Assembly (NCBI GenBank): GCA_043819795.1
Contig: JBDREN010000165.1
Span: 1 to 10,134 of the forward strand
DNA from: Elusimicrobiota bacterium
Lineage (GTDB): Bacteria > Elusimicrobiota > Elusimicrobia > UBA1565
Direction of reading: 5' to 3'
DNA length: 10,134 nt
Part shown: in pieces, positions 6,758 through 10,134 of the stretch
Layout of the letters: each line of letters begins with the position of its first letter
Numbering within the stretch: the stretch's first letter is position 1
Notes under the pieces: model-generated
Seen by the model: the letters and a program-made list of their open reading frames with translations, nothing else
What the model was told of the DNA's origin: nothing
The model's database searches: none
Made by a program: the position numbers and the translations under genes

Positions 6758-6950
6758 GACCCAATCGGGGGCGGGTCGGATAGACGCGAGGGACCCAGGT
6801 CCGCGCCCCTCCCCCACGGGGAGGGACGCGGAAATAGGAGGGGCAGAGGCATCGCCCCCGACATAGGCAGCCCCCCGCGGGGGGGCCGCCGGCCGCTCCT
6901 GGAAAGGCGCGGCTCCAAAGTGATAAAGTTGACATCGGGGCCACGCCCCG
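6758..6950. other. Cluster of GC-rich inverted repeats in the divergent intergenic region
   Basis: Stems at 6801-6831 (ccgcg.ccctcccc/ggggaggg.cgcgg), 6866-6890, 6892-6913 and 6936-6950, plus a 9-bp long-range complement between 6765-6773 and 6853-6861. Confidence 0.7.
6921..6929 (+). promoter_or_regulatory. Possible extended -10 element (TGnTAAAGT) for the hemD-suhB gene
   Basis: TGATAAAGT fits TGnTAnnnT in the only AT-rich patch upstream of the + strand gene. Confidence 0.3.
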
Positions 6951-6974
6951 CTTCTGGATCTATTGGACTTATCG

Positions 6975-8705
6975 GTGAAGGCTCTCAAAGATCAGACGGT
7001 CGTCGTCACGCGCCCGCGCGGCCAGGCCGCGGGTCTCGCCGGGCCGCTGCGCCGTCTCGGGGCCCGCGTGCTTCTGGCGCCCGTCATCAGCATCGTCCCG
7101 CCACGCAGCTGGAGACCGCTCGACACGGCCCTGAGCATCCTCTCATCCTACGACACGCTCGTGTTCACGAGCGCCAACGGAGTGCGCGCCTTCTTCAAGC
7201 GCGCCCGCGCGGTCCTCGGGAGGACAGGCTCGCGAACGCGGGACGGCACGCCTCGCAGGCCCCGGTTTGTATACGCGATCGGCCCCGGCACGGCGCGAGA
7301 GCTCCGGAAGCACGGATGGAAAGGAGTGCTAATCCCGGAGGAGCACGAAGCGGCCGCGCTCGCGCGGCATATCACGCGTTCGCCTGACGGCGCCGGAAGA
7401 AACCCTAGGAGTCTGCGCACCACGACCCCAACGCCACCCCCAAGGGGGCCGGGCACCGGCCCGCTCCGCGGGCGCCGCACCACGACCCCAACGCCACCCC
7501 CAAGGGGGCCGGGCACCGGCCCGCTCCGCGGGCGCAGAATCCTGATCCCGCGAGCCCGCGTCGCGCGAGAGGTCCTGCCGCGCATGCTCCGGAAAGCAGG
7601 CGCCCACGTCCTCGTCGCGCCCGCCTACCGGACCGTCGCGGACCGGGTAGGCGCCAGGCGCCTGCGCGGCCTCCTGGGCGACGGCGGCGCGGATTGGGTC
7701 ACGTTCACCTCGGCCTCGACGGTGGATCGCTTCATGGAGGCGGTTTCGCCGGAGCGCGCCCGGCGATTCCTCCACAGCGGGGCCCGAGCGGCCTCCATCG
7801 GGCCGATCACCTCGGAGGCCCTGCGTCGGCACGGCGTCGAGCCGGCCGTCGAGGCCTCGCGGTTCACCGGCGCGGGCCTGGCCAAGGCGATCTCCGCGCG
7901 AGGACGCCGCGAGTCGCCGGCGGCGTTGCGCCGCACCCTGCTGCGCGCCCTCCGCGAAGCGGGCGCCGTCATGCGCCGCCGTTTCGGCAAGGTCCGCGTC
8001 GAATACAAGGGACGCGCCAACCTCGTAACGGCCGCCGACCGCGCCGCCGAACAGCGCGTCCTGGACGTCGTGCTGGGCCGCTTCCCCGGCCACGACTTCC
8101 TCGCCGAGGAGCGGGCGCCCCGATCGGAGGGCTCGGACTACACCTGGGTCATCGACCCGATCGACGGCACGACGAACTTCGCCCACGGGTTCCCGGTCTG
8201 CTGCGTATCGATCGCGCTCCTGCATCGCGGCCGGCCGCTGTTGGGGGGGATATACGACCCGTTCCGCGACGAGTTGTTCTTCGCCGAGCGGGACAGGGGC
8301 GCTACGCTCAACGGCAGGCGCATCTCCGTCTCCCGGGCCGGCAGGCTCTCCGAGTCGCTGCTGATCACCGGCTTCGCCTACGACCGCCATAAGCTCGCCC
8401 GCTACTACCTCGACTTCTATCGGATCTTCATGGAGCGCTCGCACGACGTGCGCCGCAGCGGTTCGGCCGCGCTCGACCTCGCCTGGACGGCGGCGGGACG
8501 CGTGGATGGGTACTGGGAGTTCCACCTGAGCCCATGGGACGTCGCGGCCGGGATGCTGCTGGTCCAGGAAGCGGGGGGCGTAGTGACCGACTTCTCCGGC
8601 AAGGAGTGGACGGACCCGGGACTCTTCGGAAAGGAGACGCTGGCCACCAACGGACGCATCCATTCCCGGATGCTGCGCGTGCTCCGGCGCGCGGCCGGGC
8701 GCTAG
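6975..8705 (+). CDS. Fusion of uroporphyrinogen-III synthase (HemD, N-terminal) and inositol monophosphatase (SuhB family, C-terminal)
   Basis: HemD motifs: VVVTRP, YDTLVFTSANGVRAFF, AIGPGTA..L, RILIPRA, AYRT, VTFTSASTV, SIGPITSEAL. IMPase motifs: LVTAAD..AE, FLAEE, WVIDPIDGTTNFAHG, RRSGSAALDL..AAGR.DGYWE, PWDVAAG.LLV.EAGG.VTD. One frame with no internal stop. Start is GTG 6975 (alternative TTG 6963). Confidence 0.9.
   Translation: MKALKDQTVVVTRPRGQAAGLAGPLRRLGARVLLAPVISIVPPRSWRPLDTALSILSSYDTLVFTSANGVRAFFKRARAVLGRTGSRTRDGTPRRPRFVYAIGPGTARELRKHGWKGVLIPEEHEAAALARHITRSPDGAGRNPRSLRTTTPTPPPRGPGTGPLRGRRTTTPTPPPRGPGTGPLRGRRILIPRARVAREVLPRMLRKAGAHVLVAPAYRTVADRVGARRLRGLLGDGGADWVTFTSASTVDRFMEAVSPERARRFLHSGARAASIGPITSEALRRHGVEPAVEASRFTGAGLAKAISARGRRESPAALRRTLLRALREAGAVMRRRFGKVRVEYKGRANLVTAADRAAEQRVLDVVLGRFPGHDFLAEERAPRSEGSDYTWVIDPIDGTTNFAHGFPVCCVSIALLHRGRPLLGGIYDPFRDELFFAERDRGATLNGRRISVSRAGRLSESLLITGFAYDRHKLARYYLDFYRIFMERSHDVRRSGSAALDLAWTAAGRVDGYWEFHLSPWDVAAGMLLVQEAGGVVTDFSGKEWTDPGLFGKETLATNGRIHSRMLRVLRRAAGR
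7416..7535 (+). repeat. Perfect in-frame tandem duplication, 2 x 60 bp (RTTTPTPPPRGPGTGPLRGR)
   Basis: 7416-7475 is identical to 7476-7535. Confidence 0.98.
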
Positions 8706-9682
8706 AAGCGGGAGCCCAGCGTCAGGCGGTGGGTCGTCCCGAGCTCGCCCATCGGGACCCAGGCGTAATCGAAGCGGAACCGGCTCAGGTCCAGGCCGAA
8801 TCCCGCCGATAAGCCGCTCAGCCCGTCGATGTCGCGCGTATTGCGGACGTTGTAGCCGCCCCGCGCGGATCCCTTCATAGTCTCCCCGAAGGGATAGTTC
8901 GCCTCGAGACCCAAGCTGACGTAGGGATCATCGTCCACCGAAAGATGGCCGTCCAGCAGACCGTTGACGTTGGGGCTGATATGCCAGAGCGCTCCGGCTT
9001 GGAACTTGAACGGCAGCGGATCCGAGACGCTTCCCGTCTGGATGGCGGGTCCGAAGTTCCGGATACTCGCCCCCAAGTCCAGCGCCCCTTGACCGACGTC
9101 GGTGACCCGCTCGGCCTGGACTCCGATGTCCATGGCGAAGGTGGTCCCCGAGGCGTCGTCGATCTGGCTGCGGATGAGCTTCACCGCGCCGCCCAGGCAA
9201 AGGTTCGAAAGCTTCTTCGCGTAAGCGGCCGAGAAGGCGAAGTCGCTCGGAGTGAACTCGTCGGAGGGATTGCCGAGAGTGTCATAACCCTGGATCGCGC
9301 TCTGCGAGAAATACACGAACGCCGCCCCCAGCACCCCGCGCCGACCCGCGAACGGCCGAGCATAGGCCGCCGATCCGGAATATGACGTCTCCAGCAGGGC
9401 GTTGTAGCTGAGGCTGGCCTCGGAAAGGCCCGCCTCCTCCATGCGGGCGAGCCCGGCGGGGTTCCAGAAGATCGCCTCGGAATCAGCGACGGCGGCCACC
9501 TGCGAGGTCCCCAGGGCCACCGCGCGCGCTCCGGCCGGAAGCTTCAGGAAGGCCGCTCCGGTCGTTCCGGCGGCCTTGTCGGAGAAGGGACTGTCGGGGA
9601 AAAACGAAGCGCTCAGGGCCGCGGCGGAAACCCCGAGCGACACGACGAGGCACAAGGAAACGATCTTAATGGATCGAAGCAC
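8702..9682 (-). CDS. PorV/PorQ-family (UPF0164/FadL-like) outer-membrane beta-barrel protein
   Basis: Signal-peptide-like N-terminus, then GTTGAAFLKL..GARAVALG...D..AIFWNPAGL, amphipathic beta strands, and the C-terminal FDYAWVPMGELGTTHRLTLGSRF ending in Phe (beta-signal). Confidence 0.85.
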   Translation of the reverse strand: MLRSIKIVSLCLVVSLGVSAAALSASFFPDSPFSDKAAGTTGAAFLKLPAGARAVALGTSQVAAVADSEAIFWNPAGLARMEEAGLSEASLSYNALLETSYSGSAAYARPFAGRRGVLGAAFVYFSQSAIQGYDTLGNPSDEFTPSDFAFSAAYAKKLSNLCLGGAVKLIRSQIDDASGTTFAMDIGVQAERVTDVGQGALDLGASIRNFGPAIQTGSVSDPLPFKFQAGALWHISPNVNGLLDGHLSVDDDPYVSLGLEANYPFGETMKGSARGGYNVRNTRDIDGLSGLSAGFGLDLSRFRFDYAWVPMGELGTTHRLTLGSRF

Positions 9683-9690
9683 GATGCGTC

Positions 9691-10134
9691 TCAGACGGGC
9701 CAGACCGGGCCTCTTGCTGCTCCCGACTTGGGAGTATCCTGCGGCCCCGGCTCCTGCGGCGCCTGTTCCGTATCGGAAGCGGGCATCTTGAGCCTTAGCG
9801 CCTCGGATATCTCTCCAAGGTCGGCCTCCGCGGCGGGAGCCTTCTCCGGCACGGGCGAGGGAGTCGGCCCGATCCCCAGGGAGACCGTCCGCTCCAAGGG
9901 AGAGCTCGCGACGGGCCGCTCGGAAACGGCCGTCTTCTCCTGGACCGGAGACGGAGCGGCGGCCGCCTTCGGCGCCGGCTTTTCCTGGACCGGAGACGGA
10001 GCAGCGGCAGCCTTCGGCGCCGGCTTTTCCTGGACCGGAGACGGAGCGGCGGCAGCCTTCGGCGCCGGCTTTTCCTGGACCGGAGACGGAGCGGCGGCAG
10101 CCTTCGGCGCCGGCTTTTCCTGGACCGGAGACGG
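9691..10134 (-). CDS. C-terminal part of a Pro/Ala-rich hypothetical protein with tandem repeats (truncated by window edge)
   Basis: Open frame from the window edge to TGA at 9691-9693: (PSPVQEKPAPKAAAA)x4-PSPVQEKTAVSERPVASSPLERTVSLGIGPTPSPVPEK...GPVWPV*. All differences between repeat copies are synonymous in this frame. Confidence 0.8.
   Translation of the reverse strand, partial: PSPVQEKPAPKAAAAPSPVQEKPAPKAAAAPSPVQEKPAPKAAAAPSPVQEKPAPKAAAAPSPVQEKTAVSERPVASSPLERTVSLGIGPTPSPVPEKAPAAEADLGEISEALRLKMPASDTEQAPQEPGPQDTPKSGAARGPVWPV
9934..10134 (-). repeat. 45-bp coding tandem repeat (VNTR), at least 4.4 copies
   Basis: tcctggaccggagacgg recurs at 9938, 9983, 10028, 10073 and 10118 (period 45). 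The unit encodes PSPVQEKPAPKAAAA. Confidence 0.97.

Noticed and set aside
6780..6870. c-di-AMP (ydaO) riboswitch, suggested by gcgagggaccca near a KimA-like gene
   Set aside because: The partial match is on the strand opposite the transporter, and the other conserved elements (GGGGUGAAU, CCGUCAGCUAAC) are not seen. An Rfam scan would settle it.
6892..6913. SRP RNA domain IV, suggested by a GGAA tetraloop stem
   Set aside because: Lacks the flanking CAGG and AGCA internal-loop motifs of SRP RNA.
6929..6934. Perfect TTGACA -35 box on the + strand
   Set aside because: No TAnnnT -10 at 16-18 nt spacing (TTCTGG at 17).
6711..6944. N-terminal extension of the EIIA ORF to 6944, including Cys-rich CLCRGRCLC
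   Set aside because: It runs through the TATAAT box and the hairpin cluster and is low complexity. The ATG at 6710 is the more plausible start.
7329..8663. 444-aa - strand ORF antisense to hemD-suhB
   Set aside because: Same shadow-frame effect; the + frame carries all the conserved motifs.
9934..10134. 45-bp repeats as a CRISPR array
   Set aside because: The units are contiguous with no unique spacers, vary only synonymously in a coding frame, and no cas genes are present.

Overview
High-GC bacterial chromosomal window, probably from a diderm such as Elusimicrobia (inferred from the PorV/PorQ-like beta-barrel and the gene content; not proven). About 6.7 kb on the minus strand form a tightly packed run of co-directional genes. 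In transcription order: PTS EIIA(Ntr/Fru)-like protein, KimA/KUP-like APC transporter with a USP-like C-terminal domain, def, fmt, kinase-less PASTA protein, rpe, rpsP, khpA, trmD (runs off the window). A hairpin-rich intergenic region separates this run from a divergent + strand gene that fuses HemD (uroporphyrinogen-III synthase) to SuhB (inositol monophosphatase) and carries a perfect in-frame 60-bp duplication. Converging on that gene are a PorV/PorQ-family outer-membrane protein and the 3' end of a Pro/Ala-rich protein with a 45-bp tandem repeat. Most interesting: the coupled EIIA + KimA-like transporter pair, the HemD-SuhB fusion, the PrkC-like ectodomain without a kinase, a His-to-Ser change at an Rpe metal ligand, and the missing rimM. 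No CRISPR array, rRNA, tRNA or transposase was seen.
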